Positions 17,452-26,787 of a stretch of 64,000 bases of DNA are shown in pieces (position 1 is the first letter of the stretch; the number at the start of each line of letters is the position of its first letter). The notes under the pieces were generated by a model. The model saw only the letters and a program-made list of their open reading frames with translations. It ran no database searches and was not told the origin of the DNA. The stretch is from Gammaproteobacteria bacterium (GTDB lineage Bacteria; Pseudomonadota; Gammaproteobacteria; Eutrophobiales; Eutrophobiaceae), in contig JACPSH010000015.1 in NCBI GenBank assembly GCA_016193395.1, positions 37,858 through 101,857 of the forward strand. The letters are read 5' to 3'. The position numbers and the translations under genes are program-made.

Positions 17452-17883
17452 ATGGAGCTGACCTGGGTAGTCGTTGCGGAAAGCAGCCGCGCGCGGATTT
17501 TTGTTTTCGAGGGATTGCAGTCGCCGCTGCGCGAGGTGGAAGATCTGGTCAACCCCGAAGCCCGGGCACATGAACGCGATCTCAAGTCCGATCGGCAGGG
17601 ACGCACCATCGACAGCACCGGTCAACGGCGTCATGCTAAACAGCCTGAAGTCAGCCCAAAGGAACAGCGCGTGATCGAGTTTGCGAAATCGGTCGCCGAG
17701 CGCGTCGAGCGGGCGCGGGCACAGGGCATGTTCAAGCGCCTCATCCTCGTCGCCGCACCCGGGTTCCTGGGCCTTTTGCGCGGGAGCCTCGGCGACGCGA
17801 CTCGCCAGTGCATCACGCGGGAGATACACAAGAATCTGGTGCGCAAGGACGAGAAAGCCATACGGAAGTCGATGAAACTCTGA
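17452..17883 (+). CDS. Host-attachment family protein (DUF-type, ~140 aa)
   Basis: The N-terminus MELTWVVVAESSRARIFVFE is the hallmark start (TWVVVAD-x-RARIF) of 'protein required for attachment to host cells' family members. Confidence 0.65.
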   Translation: MELTWVVVAESSRARIFVFEGLQSPLREVEDLVNPEARAHERDLKSDRQGRTIDSTGQRRHAKQPEVSPKEQRVIEFAKSVAERVERARAQGMFKRLILVAAPGFLGLLRGSLGDATRQCITREIHKNLVRKDEKAIRKSMKL

Positions 17884-17979
17884 GGGCCCTGCCGCTGATC
17901 CAGGGTCGCGGCGGATCCGGCCCCACTCTAGACATGCGCGCCGGAGGCGGCCCTGATCCAGATCAATCGACCCATCACG

Positions 17980-18447
17980 ATGGAATCCATCCCCGCCGGA
18001 CACGAGACCGGCAGCATCGGTGAGGGCGCGCCGCCGCGCTGGGAACATTTCGAGCACAAGGCGGATATCGGCGTGCGCGGCTTTGGCCGCACGCTCGCCG
18101 AATCCTTCGAACAGGCGGCGCTTGCGCTTACGGCGGTCGCCACCGATCCCGCCTCGGTGCAGGCCTCCGACATAGTGCAAGTCGAATGCCGCGCCGCGGA
18201 CACGGAACTGTTGCTGGCGGACTGGTTGAACACGATTATTTTCGAAGCGTCCACGCGCGGCATGCTGTTCGGGCGTTTCGCGGCGCAAATCAACGATGGC
18301 CATCTGCGCGGACAGTTGTACGGTGAACCGGTGGATCGGTTGCGCCACCAGCCGGCGGTCGAGGCGAAGGGCGCCACCTATACAGAGCTGCGCGTCGCGC
18401 GGCAACTCGACGGTCTCTGGGTCGCCCAGTGCGTTATTGATGTCTGA
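17980..18447 (+). CDS. Archease (RtcB activator/chaperone)
   Basis: The motifs FEHKADIGVRGFGRTLAESFEQAA... and the C-terminal ...AKGATYTELRV...WVAQCVIDV match the archease fold. It sits immediately upstream of rtcB. Confidence 0.75.
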   Translation: MESIPAGHETGSIGEGAPPRWEHFEHKADIGVRGFGRTLAESFEQAALALTAVATDPASVQASDIVQVECRAADTELLLADWLNTIIFEASTRGMLFGRFAAQINDGHLRGQLYGEPVDRLRHQPAVEAKGATYTELRVARQLDGLWVAQCVIDV

Positions 18448-18640
18448 AGCGCCGATAGGTTGCGGGATCGATGGCCGCCAATCGAGTAGCTTGCTGTATT
18501 CATGTCGCAATGGCCGCCTATCCGGGGGCGGGTCGGCCCGGCGTTCATCCGGCGGCGATGAGCGGCGCGCGGGCCAGGGACGGTGCAGCGCGACGCGACC
18601 GCAGCGAGCGCGGCCGGGACGCAGCGCGAGCGGGAGCCGG

Positions 18641-18676
18641 ATGAATCCGGCCGGACCGCCCGTTGCGAGGGACTAA
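18641..18676. repeat. Stand-alone copy of the 'tail' module ATGAATCCGGCCGGACCGCCCGTTGCGAGGGACT between archease and rtcB
   Basis: It is near-identical to 39466-39500. It is preceded by a degenerate GC-rich stretch (18560-18640) and followed by an AT-rich TTGAAAAA element. Confidence 0.7.
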
Positions 18677-18679
18677 CAG

Positions 18680-18755
18680 GTTGTTGAAAAATGGCGGCGC
18701 ATCCTGCACCGCTTTATCAGGCCGTTGAAAAGGCTTTTTCAACAGCCTGCTAACG
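18680..18755. repeat. AT-rich 'TTGAAAAA' element (family copy)
   Basis: GTTGAAAAATGGCGGCGCATCCTGCACCGCTTTATCAGGCCGTTGAAAAGGCTTTTTCAACAGCCTGCTA. It is homologous to 33926-33990 (...ATTGAAAAATGCCGGTACATCCCTGCACCG...CGAAAAACGCTGTTTTTCAACAGCCTGCTA). Confidence 0.75.
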
Positions 18756-18853
18756 GAAGCGGGCACCCGGAGTCCGCCTAGAACGCAGGGATTTTTCAAA
18801 CGAGTACCCCGTAAGCCGCCTTGGGTGGATGATTCGTTGACTGGAGCCGAGAA

Positions 18854-20284
18854 ATGCGCCTCGACAACCTGGAACGCGTATCGGATATTTGCTGGCGGCT
18901 TGAGCCACACGGCGCGATGCGCGTGCCCGTCATTATTTATGGCGACGAGGCGTTGCTGCGGGGGATGGACGACAAGGTGGCCGAACAGGCCGCGAATGTC
19001 ACCATGCTGCCCGGGATCGTGAATGCCGTGTACGCGATGCCGGACGCACACTGGGGCTACGGCTTCCCCGTCGGCGGCGTGGCCGCCTTCGACGCCGACG
19101 AGGGCGGAGTCGTCTCCGCGGGCGGCGTGGGTTTCGATATCTCCTGCGGCGTGCGCACCCTGCATACCGGCCTGCGCCGCGAGCAACTGGAACCGGTCAA
19201 GACGCGGTTGGCCGAGGAACTGTTCCGGACCATCCCCGTCGGACTCGGCAGCACCGGCCGCATCGATCTCGGCGCCGCGGAGATGGATGCGATGCTCCGG
19301 GGCGGTGCGCGCTGGGCGGTGGAGCAGGGTTATGGCGAAGAGCGCGACCTGGAACGGATCGAGGAGCGTGGCCGGATGGCCGGGGCCCGCCCCGAGCAGG
19401 TGTCCGCCCATGCCAAGCAGCGACAGCAGCGGGAAATGGGCACGCTCGGATCGGGCAATCACTACCTCGAAGTGCAGCAGGTTGTCGATATACTCGATCC
19501 CGCCGCGGCGGGCGCATTCGGGCTCGGCAGGGGCGACGTGGTCGTCAGCATCCATTGCGGCTCGCGCGGGCTCGGACACCAGATCGGAACCGATTTCCTC
19601 AAGGCCATGGTCACGGCCGCCCCGCGCCACGGCATCGTCCTGCCGGATCGCGAACTCGCCTGCGCGCCATTGTCATCGGAACTGGGCCAGAACTACCTGG
19701 GCGCCATGCGCGCCGCGATCAACTGCGCGCTTGCCAACCGCCAGATCATCACGCACCTTGCGCGCGAAGTCTTCCGGCGCATGCTGCCCACAGCGCGGCT
19801 CGATCTGTTTTACGATGTTTCGCACAATACCTGCAAACTGGAAGACCATCGCGTGGCCGGGCGCAACCGGCGCCTGTACGTGCATCGAAAGGGCGCCACG
19901 CGCTCGTTCGGCACCGGCCATGCCGACCTGCCGGAGGCCTTCCGCGAAGCCGGCCAGCCGGTATTGATCGGCGGGTCGATGGGCACCGCCTCGCACATCC
20001 TCGCGGGCGATCCCGACAACGACGAGAAGTCGTTCGCCTCCGCGTGCCACGGCGCCGGCCGGAGCATGAGCCGCCGCCAGGCATTGAAGACCTGGCAGGG
20101 GCGGAGCGTGGTGGACGAGCTGGCTGGCCGCGGCATTATCGTGCGCAGCCCTTCGCTGCGCGGCGTCGCGGAAGAAGCCCCGGGCGCGTACAAGGACGTG
20201 GACGCGGTAGTGGCCGCAACGGAACGGGCGGGTCTCGCGCGGCGCGTTGCGCGGCTGGAGCCGCTGCTGTGCATAAAGGGATGA
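18854..20284 (+). CDS. rtcB: RNA-splicing ligase RtcB (3'-phosphate/5'-hydroxyl nucleic acid ligase)
   Basis: The motifs PDAHWGYGFPVGGV, GGVGFDISCGVR and HNTCKLE...HRKGATRSF match RtcB active-site regions. The length is 476 aa. Confidence 0.9.
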   Translation: MRLDNLERVSDICWRLEPHGAMRVPVIIYGDEALLRGMDDKVAEQAANVTMLPGIVNAVYAMPDAHWGYGFPVGGVAAFDADEGGVVSAGGVGFDISCGVRTLHTGLRREQLEPVKTRLAEELFRTIPVGLGSTGRIDLGAAEMDAMLRGGARWAVEQGYGEERDLERIEERGRMAGARPEQVSAHAKQRQQREMGTLGSGNHYLEVQQVVDILDPAAAGAFGLGRGDVVVSIHCGSRGLGHQIGTDFLKAMVTAAPRHGIVLPDRELACAPLSSELGQNYLGAMRAAINCALANRQIITHLAREVFRRMLPTARLDLFYDVSHNTCKLEDHRVAGRNRRLYVHRKGATRSFGTGHADLPEAFREAGQPVLIGGSMGTASHILAGDPDNDEKSFASACHGAGRSMSRRQALKTWQGRSVVDELAGRGIIVRSPSLRGVAEEAPGAYKDVDAVVAATERAGLARRVARLEPLLCIKG

Positions 20285-20299
20285 GCTTCGCACCGGATC

Positions 20300-20480
20300 C
20301 CTCACGAACGCCAGGATCCGGGCGGGCGGGTTCTGTCATCGGACGCACCTGTCCGTGCTCGCTCCGGTCCCCTCCGCTTGCGCGCGGAGCAGGTGCGCCC
20401 GATGCCACCCGCCCGGTTTACGTGTCGGGGCGCGACAGGTGAACACGAAGGCGGTACCCGGCGACAGGACCCGTCCGCCC
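20300..20480. repeat. GC-rich imperfect-palindromic extragenic element (family copy, ~1.5 units) between rtcB and polX
   Basis: ...CCGTGCTCGCTCCGGTCCCCTCCGCTTGCGCGCGGAGCAGGTGCGCCCGATGCCACCCGCCCGG... followed by ...ACGAAGGCGGTACCCGGCGACAGGACCCGTCCG. It is homologous to the copies at 25195, 33727, 34022 and 39356. Confidence 0.75.
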
Positions 20481-20521
20481 GAAGCCTTGAACGTTTATGA
20501 ATAATCCGGGGCAACCAGCCG

Positions 20522-22225
20522 ATGCCCGTGCAGAATGAACACGTGGCTGAAATACTGGACGAGATCGCCGATCTGCTCGCCATCCAGGATGCCAACCCGT
20601 TCCGCGTGCGGGCGTACCACAATGCGGCGCGCACCGTGCGGGGGCTTTCCCGCGAACTGCATGATCTGATCGCACGCGGCAAGGACCTGACCGATCTTCC
20701 GGGGATAGGCGATGATCTCGCCGGCAAGATCAGGGAGATCGTCGGGACCGGCGCGTGCAGGGCCCTGGAAAAACTGCATCGACAGGTCCCGCACGAACTG
20801 GAGGAACTGCTCGCCGTCCCCGGGCTGGGGCCAAAACGGGTCAAGGCGCTGTTCTACGACCTGCGGATCCGCACCACGCAGCAGCTCGAGAAGGCGGCGC
20901 GCGCCGGCCGCCTGCGCAAGTTGCCGGGATTCGGCCAGAAGCTGGAACAGCGCATTCTTCAGGCCGTCGCCGCACGCCAGTCCGGGACGCGGCGCTTCAG
21001 CATCGACGTCGCGGAAGAATCCGGCGGAAAGCTCGCGGCCTATCTCGGATTGGTGCCGGGCACGGGCAAGGCCATCATTGCGGGCAGCTTTCGCCGCGGC
21101 CGTGAAACGGTCGGCGACCTCGACATCCTGGTGACGACCTCGCGGCCGGCGGCGGTCATGGAGCGATTCGCGGCTTACGACCAGGTGGCGCGCGTCACGT
21201 CCCGGGGCGCCACGCGTGCCTCCGCCGTCCTTCGGAACGGGCTGCAGGTGGATCTGCGGGTCGTGCCGAAGCAGAGTTTCGGCGCCGCCCTGCACTATTT
21301 CACCGGGGGCAAGGCGCATAACATCCGGGTCCGGACCCTCGGCCAGAAGTTCGGCCTGAAAATCAACGAATATGGCGTGTTCCGCGGAGCGAGACGCGTC
21401 GCCGGAGCGACTGAAGCATCCGTGTTCAAGTCCGTGGGCCTGCCCTTGATACCGCCAGAATTAAGGGAAGACCGCGGCGAGATCGAGGCAGCGCGCGCGC
21501 ACCGCCTGCCGCGGCTGGTCGAAGAAGGCGACCTCAGGGGCGATCTGCACGTCATCGCGAACGGGCGGGACGATCTGGTTGCGATGGCCATCGCCGCAAA
21601 GCGGCGGGGCCTGCGCTATATCGCCTTCACGATCCGGCAGGGACCGGACGCGCCGGCGGACGCCGTGCTCCGGCAACTCGACCGTATCGACCAGATCCGT
21701 GAACGCGCTGATGGCATGGTACTGCTCAAGGGGATCGAAGCCGAGATTCCCGAGGACGGCAGGCTGGACCTCCCGACCGAGGTGCTTGCGCGCCTCGATC
21801 TTCTGATCGGCGCGGCGCACGGGCAGTTCGAACTGACTCGCGCCAGGCAAACGGCGCGGCTGCTGCGAGCCATGGACAGCCCCTGTTTCACCATCCTGGC
21901 CCATCCGGGCGGACGCCTCCTGCCGGAGCGCGATGCCTGCTCGGTGGACATGGAGCGGATCGTGCGCGCCGCGCGCGTGCGCGGTTGTTTCCTGGAACTG
22001 AACTCACAACCGCAACGGCTCGACCTGGCCGACGTCCATTGCCAGATGGCGAAGGCGGAGGGCGTCCTGGTCAGCATCAACAGCGGCGCCCGCCAAGGGG
22101 AGGACTTCCGGGATCTGCGTTTCGGAATAACCCAGGCGCGGCGCGGATGGCTCGAAAAGGACGATGTGCTGAATACGCGTCCGCACGCCGCGTTGAAGCG
22201 GCTGCTCCGGCGGACGATGGACTGA
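20522..22225 (+). CDS. polX: Family X DNA polymerase with C-terminal PHP (3'-5' exonuclease/phosphoesterase) domain
   Basis: The N-terminal helix-hairpin-helix regions (LLAIQDANPFRVRAYHNAARTV, LPGIGDDLAGKIREIV, VPGLGPKRVKALF), the pol-beta palm motif GSFRRGRETVGDLDILV and the C-terminal PHP histidine motifs (HxH...) together indicate a PolX-PHP protein. Confidence 0.9.
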   Translation: MPVQNEHVAEILDEIADLLAIQDANPFRVRAYHNAARTVRGLSRELHDLIARGKDLTDLPGIGDDLAGKIREIVGTGACRALEKLHRQVPHELEELLAVPGLGPKRVKALFYDLRIRTTQQLEKAARAGRLRKLPGFGQKLEQRILQAVAARQSGTRRFSIDVAEESGGKLAAYLGLVPGTGKAIIAGSFRRGRETVGDLDILVTTSRPAAVMERFAAYDQVARVTSRGATRASAVLRNGLQVDLRVVPKQSFGAALHYFTGGKAHNIRVRTLGQKFGLKINEYGVFRGARRVAGATEASVFKSVGLPLIPPELREDRGEIEAARAHRLPRLVEEGDLRGDLHVIANGRDDLVAMAIAAKRRGLRYIAFTIRQGPDAPADAVLRQLDRIDQIRERADGMVLLKGIEAEIPEDGRLDLPTEVLARLDLLIGAAHGQFELTRARQTARLLRAMDSPCFTILAHPGGRLLPERDACSVDMERIVRAARVRGCFLELNSQPQRLDLADVHCQMAKAEGVLVSINSGARQGEDFRDLRFGITQARRGWLEKDDVLNTRPHAALKRLLRRTMD

Positions 22226-22600
22226 CAGAACCGCCCGGCTCAGCGTTTCCAGGCCGCCACGAGCCGGCGACACTCCCTGCGCCATTCGCAGTCCCCGTTT
22301 CGGCAATGGAGGCGCTCCTGCGTCATGAAGCAGGCCTTCCTGCCGGCGGCCCTCTGTTCGGAACGCACCCATTCCGTTCTGGAAACAAAGGTGGTGGATC
22401 GCACCGGCAGCCACTTCCCTTGTACTGCCGCCACGGTTTCGGTACGTTGTGTCGCCATGCCTCGTCGAACTCCTGCCTTGCGGGATCTTGCAGCGTTTGT
22501 CTGATCCCGGGGTCGCGACTGACCGCGTGACCTTCACCCCCTGAATCCGGCGCAACCGGAAACAGACTGCCGCTCTTTTATCAAAGGTAGATGACCCACG

Positions 22601-22614
22601 GGACAATTCGTTTG
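22601..22614 (+). promoter_or_regulatory. FNR/CRP-like palindrome TTGACacagATCAA ~30 bp upstream of glgP
   Basis: It is a 9/10 match to the FNR consensus. Its spacing to the ATG at 22644 is short, so it may act as an operator or be coincidental. Confidence 0.3.
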
Positions 22615-22643
22615 ACACAGATCAAGAGCAGGCGACGTTCGCG

Positions 22644-25178
22644 ATGATGTCAGGCACTTCCTTCACGCTGGAAATCCAGCCCCGGATCCCGACGGAGTTC
22701 GCGCGCCTGGAGGAACTGGCCGCGGATCTGTACTTCAGCTGGGACCGGCACACCCGCGGGCTGTTCTTCTCTCTCGACCCGGAACTCTGGGATCGATGCG
22801 GCCACAATCCGAAGGTATTCCTGCGGCGCGTTTCGCAGAAACGGCTCGAGGAAGCCGCGACCGATCGCGCCCTGCTGGAAGAGTACCAGCGCACCCTGGC
22901 TTACTACGACATCTATCACAAGGAAGGCAAGCGCCCACAACGCAGCCACGGCCTGGACAGCGAGCTGGTCGCTTATTTCTGCGCCGAATTCGGGCTGCAT
23001 GAGAGCCTGCCGATCTATTCCGGGGGTCTCGGCATCCTCGCCGGGGACTTCTGCAAGGCCGCGAGCGATATTGCCCTGCCGTTTGTTGCGGTGGGGATCT
23101 TCTACCGCACCGGCAACCTGCTCCAGACCATCGATGACAGCGGCCACCAGATCCTGCACAACCTGCCGGTGGAACCGGATGACCTGCCGGTACGCCTGAT
23201 CCGCGAGGCGGACGGGCGGGAACTCACGGTGACCGTGGAGTTGGCGCATGGCTCGGTCGTCGTCCGCGTCTGGCAGGTCAAGGCGGGCCATACGTACCTG
23301 TATCTGCTCGATACGGACGTCGAAAGCAACGCGGAGGCCGACCGCGCGATCACGCATAATCTTTATCCCGCCGACAAGGAGATGCGCCTCAGGCAGGAGA
23401 TTGTGCTCGGCATTGGCGGCGTGCGCGCCCTGGAGAAACTGGGGCTCCACCCTGCGATCTGGCACATCAACGAGGGGCATCCCTCATTCCTGCTCGTGGA
23501 ACGCTGGAGTCAACTGGTGCGCGAAGGGATGGAATTCCATGCGGCGCTGGAGATCGTGGCGTCCACGACCATTTTCACGACGCATACGCCGGTCACGGCC
23601 GGCCACGAGGTATACGACCATCATCTCATTCATGCGTACCTTCCAAGCCTGACGCGGGGACTCGGGGTCAGCCAGGAGGAATTCCTGTCGCTCGGCGCCG
23701 TCCAGGACCGGCCGGGATTCAACCTCACCACGTTCGCCTTGCGCTGTTCCCGCTACTACAACGGCGTGAGCCGGATTCACCGGCGCGTGGCCGCGGCGCT
23801 CGAGCGTCACATGTGGCCGGAGATCCCGATCGACGAGAACCCCTTCGGCTACGTCAACAACGGCATTCACGTCCCCACTTTCCTGGCGCGCAACTGGTTC
23901 GGCGTGCTGGAAGGCCCCGGCTGGCATAACGAACTGCTGAACGTCGACTACTGGCGGCGCATCGATGCCATCCCGGATGCCACGTTCTGGAGCGTGCGGC
24001 TCTCCCTCAAGGCGGCGCTGCTGAAGGAATGCCGTCGCGTCGTGGAGTTGCGCTGCCGGCGGCACGGCCACAGCGTGCAGCAGACCGAATGCGCCACGGA
24101 ACAGCTGCGCAACGAGGGCAACATGCTGGTCATCGGATTTGCCCGGCGCTTCGCCACTTACAAGCGCGCGACGCTGCTGTTCGAAAACCCGGACCGGCTC
24201 CACCGGCTCGTGAATAACGAGCAGCGGCCGGTGTTGCTCATCTTCGCCGGCAAGGCGCACCCGAATGACGAGCCGGGCAAGGAGCTGATCGCGCGCATCA
24301 ATGATTTCTCGAAGCGCCCCGGGTTCCAGGGGCGCGTGGTGCTCCTCGAAGGCTACGACCTGTCGCTGGCGCGGCGACTCGCGGCCGGGGTTGACGTATG
24401 GATCAACGTTCCGGAATACCCCATGGAAGCCAGCGGGACATCGGGGATGAAGGCGGCGATCAACGGCGCCATCAACCTCAGCATCATGGACGGCTGGTGG
24501 GCGGACGGGTACAACGGGCACAACGGCTGGGCGCTGCAGCCGCATGCCTCGGAACCGAATCCCGAAGTGCGCAGGCGCCTCGAGGCCCAGGAACTGCTGG
24601 ACACGCTCGAGAACGAGGTCATTCCGCTCTATTTCCGCACGGGCGCGGGCTATCCGGATGAATGGGTGAAGATGGCCAAGGAGTCGATGAAATCGATCAT
24701 CCCTCGCTTCAATTCGGAGCGCATGGTCATGGATTACATCAACCAGTTCTACATCCCGTCTCTGCAGACCTCGCGCCGCCTCCGGGCGGACAACAGCGCC
24801 GCGGCGCTCGAGCTGGCGCAGTGGAAAAAGCGTGTCCGCGCAAGCTGGCCCGGCGTCCAGTTGCATTCTATCGGCGACAGCAAGAAAGCGATCCGGCAGG
24901 GCGAAAACCTGACGGTCAGGGTGGCCGTCCGGTTAAACGGCCTGCAGAGCCAGGATCTCACCGTGGAATGCCTGGTCGGTATTGCCACCGATCACCAGGA
25001 TTTCAAAGTCACCGCCCGCCACCTGCTGCACGCTGTCGGGACGCAGGATCATGAGACGATCTATGAATGCAGCTTCGCGCCGGACCTGTCCGGCCTCGTG
25101 ACCTACAAGCTCCGCGCCTATCCGGGCCACTCGCTGCTTTCCCGGCGCTTCGAGATGGGGTTCATGAAGTGGATCTGA
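22644..25178 (+). CDS. glgP: Alpha-glucan (glycogen) phosphorylase, GT35 bacterial/archaeal long type
   Basis: The 844-aa protein carries the motifs AYFCAEFGLHESLPIYSGGLGILAGD and ASGTSGMKAAINGAINLSIMDGWW (pyridoxal-phosphate region). Confidence 0.9.
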   Translation: MMSGTSFTLEIQPRIPTEFARLEELAADLYFSWDRHTRGLFFSLDPELWDRCGHNPKVFLRRVSQKRLEEAATDRALLEEYQRTLAYYDIYHKEGKRPQRSHGLDSELVAYFCAEFGLHESLPIYSGGLGILAGDFCKAASDIALPFVAVGIFYRTGNLLQTIDDSGHQILHNLPVEPDDLPVRLIREADGRELTVTVELAHGSVVVRVWQVKAGHTYLYLLDTDVESNAEADRAITHNLYPADKEMRLRQEIVLGIGGVRALEKLGLHPAIWHINEGHPSFLLVERWSQLVREGMEFHAALEIVASTTIFTTHTPVTAGHEVYDHHLIHAYLPSLTRGLGVSQEEFLSLGAVQDRPGFNLTTFALRCSRYYNGVSRIHRRVAAALERHMWPEIPIDENPFGYVNNGIHVPTFLARNWFGVLEGPGWHNELLNVDYWRRIDAIPDATFWSVRLSLKAALLKECRRVVELRCRRHGHSVQQTECATEQLRNEGNMLVIGFARRFATYKRATLLFENPDRLHRLVNNEQRPVLLIFAGKAHPNDEPGKELIARINDFSKRPGFQGRVVLLEGYDLSLARRLAAGVDVWINVPEYPMEASGTSGMKAAINGAINLSIMDGWWADGYNGHNGWALQPHASEPNPEVRRRLEAQELLDTLENEVIPLYFRTGAGYPDEWVKMAKESMKSIIPRFNSERMVMDYINQFYIPSLQTSRRLRADNSAAALELAQWKKRVRASWPGVQLHSIGDSKKAIRQGENLTVRVAVRLNGLQSQDLTVECLVGIATDHQDFKVTARHLLHAVGTQDHETIYECSFAPDLSGLVTYKLRAYPGHSLLSRRFEMGFMKWI

Positions 25179-25194
25179 GTCGAAGAGCGGCGAT

Positions 25195-25315
25195 TGACGG
25201 ACGGGTGGCACCGGGGACTCCTGTTCCGCGCGCAGCGAGAGGGCCTCTCCAGCGGCTGGTTCAAGCGAGCACGGACAGGAGTGCCCGGTGACAGGACCCG
25301 TCCGCTGACCCGCGT
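25195..25315. repeat. GC-rich imperfect-palindromic extragenic element between convergent glgP and malQ
   Basis: GGACGGGTGGCACCGGGGACTCCTGTTCCGCGCGCAGCGAGAGG...GAGCACGGACAGGAGTGCCCGGTGACAGGACCCGTCCG. The outer arms are reverse complements (GGACGGGTGGCACCGGG / CCCGGTGACAGGACCCGTCC). Confidence 0.8.
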
Positions 25316-26757
25316 CAGCATCGCCCGTACAAACCGTTGAGGTGCCGGAGCCAGCCGCCGAGTTCGGGTCTGATCAGGTTCCAATCCAGGCAGTACTTCC
25401 AGTTGCCATCCACCGTGCCGGGCGTGTTGGTCCGGTGCGCGGCCCCGAGCACCAGCAGGTCCTGCATCGGCAGGATTGCAAATCGACACACGGAACCCAG
25501 CGCGGCGTTGATCAGCGGCCACGGCATCGGCTCGGGCGGCTGGCGCAGATAGTCCATCACTTTCATCTTTTGCCCTGTATCGAGCGCTTCATACCACCCG
25601 ACGGTCGTGTTGTTGTCGTGCGTGCCGGTATACACGACGGCCTCCGGCTCGAGGTTGTGCGGCAGGTACGGGTTGCTCGCGTCGCCGTCGAAGGCGAACT
25701 GCAGCACCTTGACGCCCGGCAACCGGAATTTCTTGCGCAGCTTCTCCACAGGCGGCGTGATGATCCCGAGGTCCTCGGCGATGCACGGCAGGGGCCCCAG
25801 CGACTTTCGCAGGGTACGAAGCAGCGCTTCTCCCGGCACCGGCCGCCACTCCCCACGCTGCGCGGTCGGGCAGTCCGCCGGAATTTCCCAGAGAGCTTCC
25901 AGTCCGCGGAAATGATCGATGCGGACGATGTCGAAGAGTTGCAGCTGCCGGTGCATGCGCTCAACCCACCACTGGAACCCCTGTTCCCGCAGGCGACCCC
26001 AGTGATAAACGGGGTTGCCCCAGCGCTGGCCGGTCGAGGAGAAGTAATCCGGCGGCACGCCGGCGACGACCGTCGGTTGTCCGCGCGCATCGAGCTGGAA
26101 ATACTCCGAGTGGGACCAGACGTCTGCGCTGTCATGGGCGACAAACAGGGGCATATCGCCGAAGAGCAGAATGCCGAGCGCCTTGGCGATCGATCGCATT
26201 TCGTTCCACTGGCACGAGAACAGGAATTGCGCGAAACACCACCGTTCGATTGCATCCGCGTGATCCGAATGGAACGCCGCAAGCGCCCCGGCTTTGCGGT
26301 CGCGCAATCCGTCGGGCCAATTCCACCACGGTTGGTTGCCGCAGACGTCCCGGATCGCCATGAACAGGGCATAATCGTTGAGCCAGTATCGTGATTGCTC
26401 CCGAAATGCGGCGAAGCCGGCGCGGTCCTCTGTCCCCGCGCGCGCATTGAACGCGGCCAGAGCGGCGCCCCCGCCTTCACCGCCAAACCAGGCAGTCTGG
26501 GCAAGGCGCTGGCTGCTGATCAGTCCCGGGTGGCCGGCGAACGCGGAGCAACCCTGATAAGGAGAAGAATGGGCATCGACCGGTTGCACGGGCAACAACT
26601 GCCAGATCCTGAAACCGGTATCCGACAGGAATTGCAGGAATCGCCGGGCCGGATCGCCCAGCCCGCCGCCATCGGACGGTACGGCGAGCGCGCTCAGCGG
26701 CAGCAGGATCCCCGCGCGCCGGCGTTCGAACCAGTCTCCGTGCCGTGCGCGACTCAT
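25315..26757 (-). CDS. malQ: 4-alpha-glucanotransferase (amylomaltase, GH77)
   Basis: The N-terminus RRAGILLPLSAL is typical of MalQ. The internal motifs ...GVPPDYFSSTGQRWGNPVYHW... and ...IAEDLGIITPPV... match GH77 catalytic regions. Confidence 0.9.
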   Translation of the reverse strand: MSRARHGDWFERRRAGILLPLSALAVPSDGGGLGDPARRFLQFLSDTGFRIWQLLPVQPVDAHSSPYQGCSAFAGHPGLISSQRLAQTAWFGGEGGGAALAAFNARAGTEDRAGFAAFREQSRYWLNDYALFMAIRDVCGNQPWWNWPDGLRDRKAGALAAFHSDHADAIERWCFAQFLFSCQWNEMRSIAKALGILLFGDMPLFVAHDSADVWSHSEYFQLDARGQPTVVAGVPPDYFSSTGQRWGNPVYHWGRLREQGFQWWVERMHRQLQLFDIVRIDHFRGLEALWEIPADCPTAQRGEWRPVPGEALLRTLRKSLGPLPCIAEDLGIITPPVEKLRKKFRLPGVKVLQFAFDGDASNPYLPHNLEPEAVVYTGTHDNNTTVGWYEALDTGQKMKVMDYLRQPPEPMPWPLINAALGSVCRFAILPMQDLLVLGAAHRTNTPGTVDGNWKYCLDWNLIRPELGGWLRHLNGLYGRC

Positions 26758-26787
26758 ACTGCCGGAGGGGCCCGCTGGTGCTCCGCG

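Noticed and set aside
17260-18510. A 416-codon minus-strand ORF spanning the host-attachment and archease genes.
   Set aside because: It overlaps two plus-strand genes that have clear family signatures (TWVVVA...RARIF, the archease motifs). The minus-strand translation has no recognisable domain.
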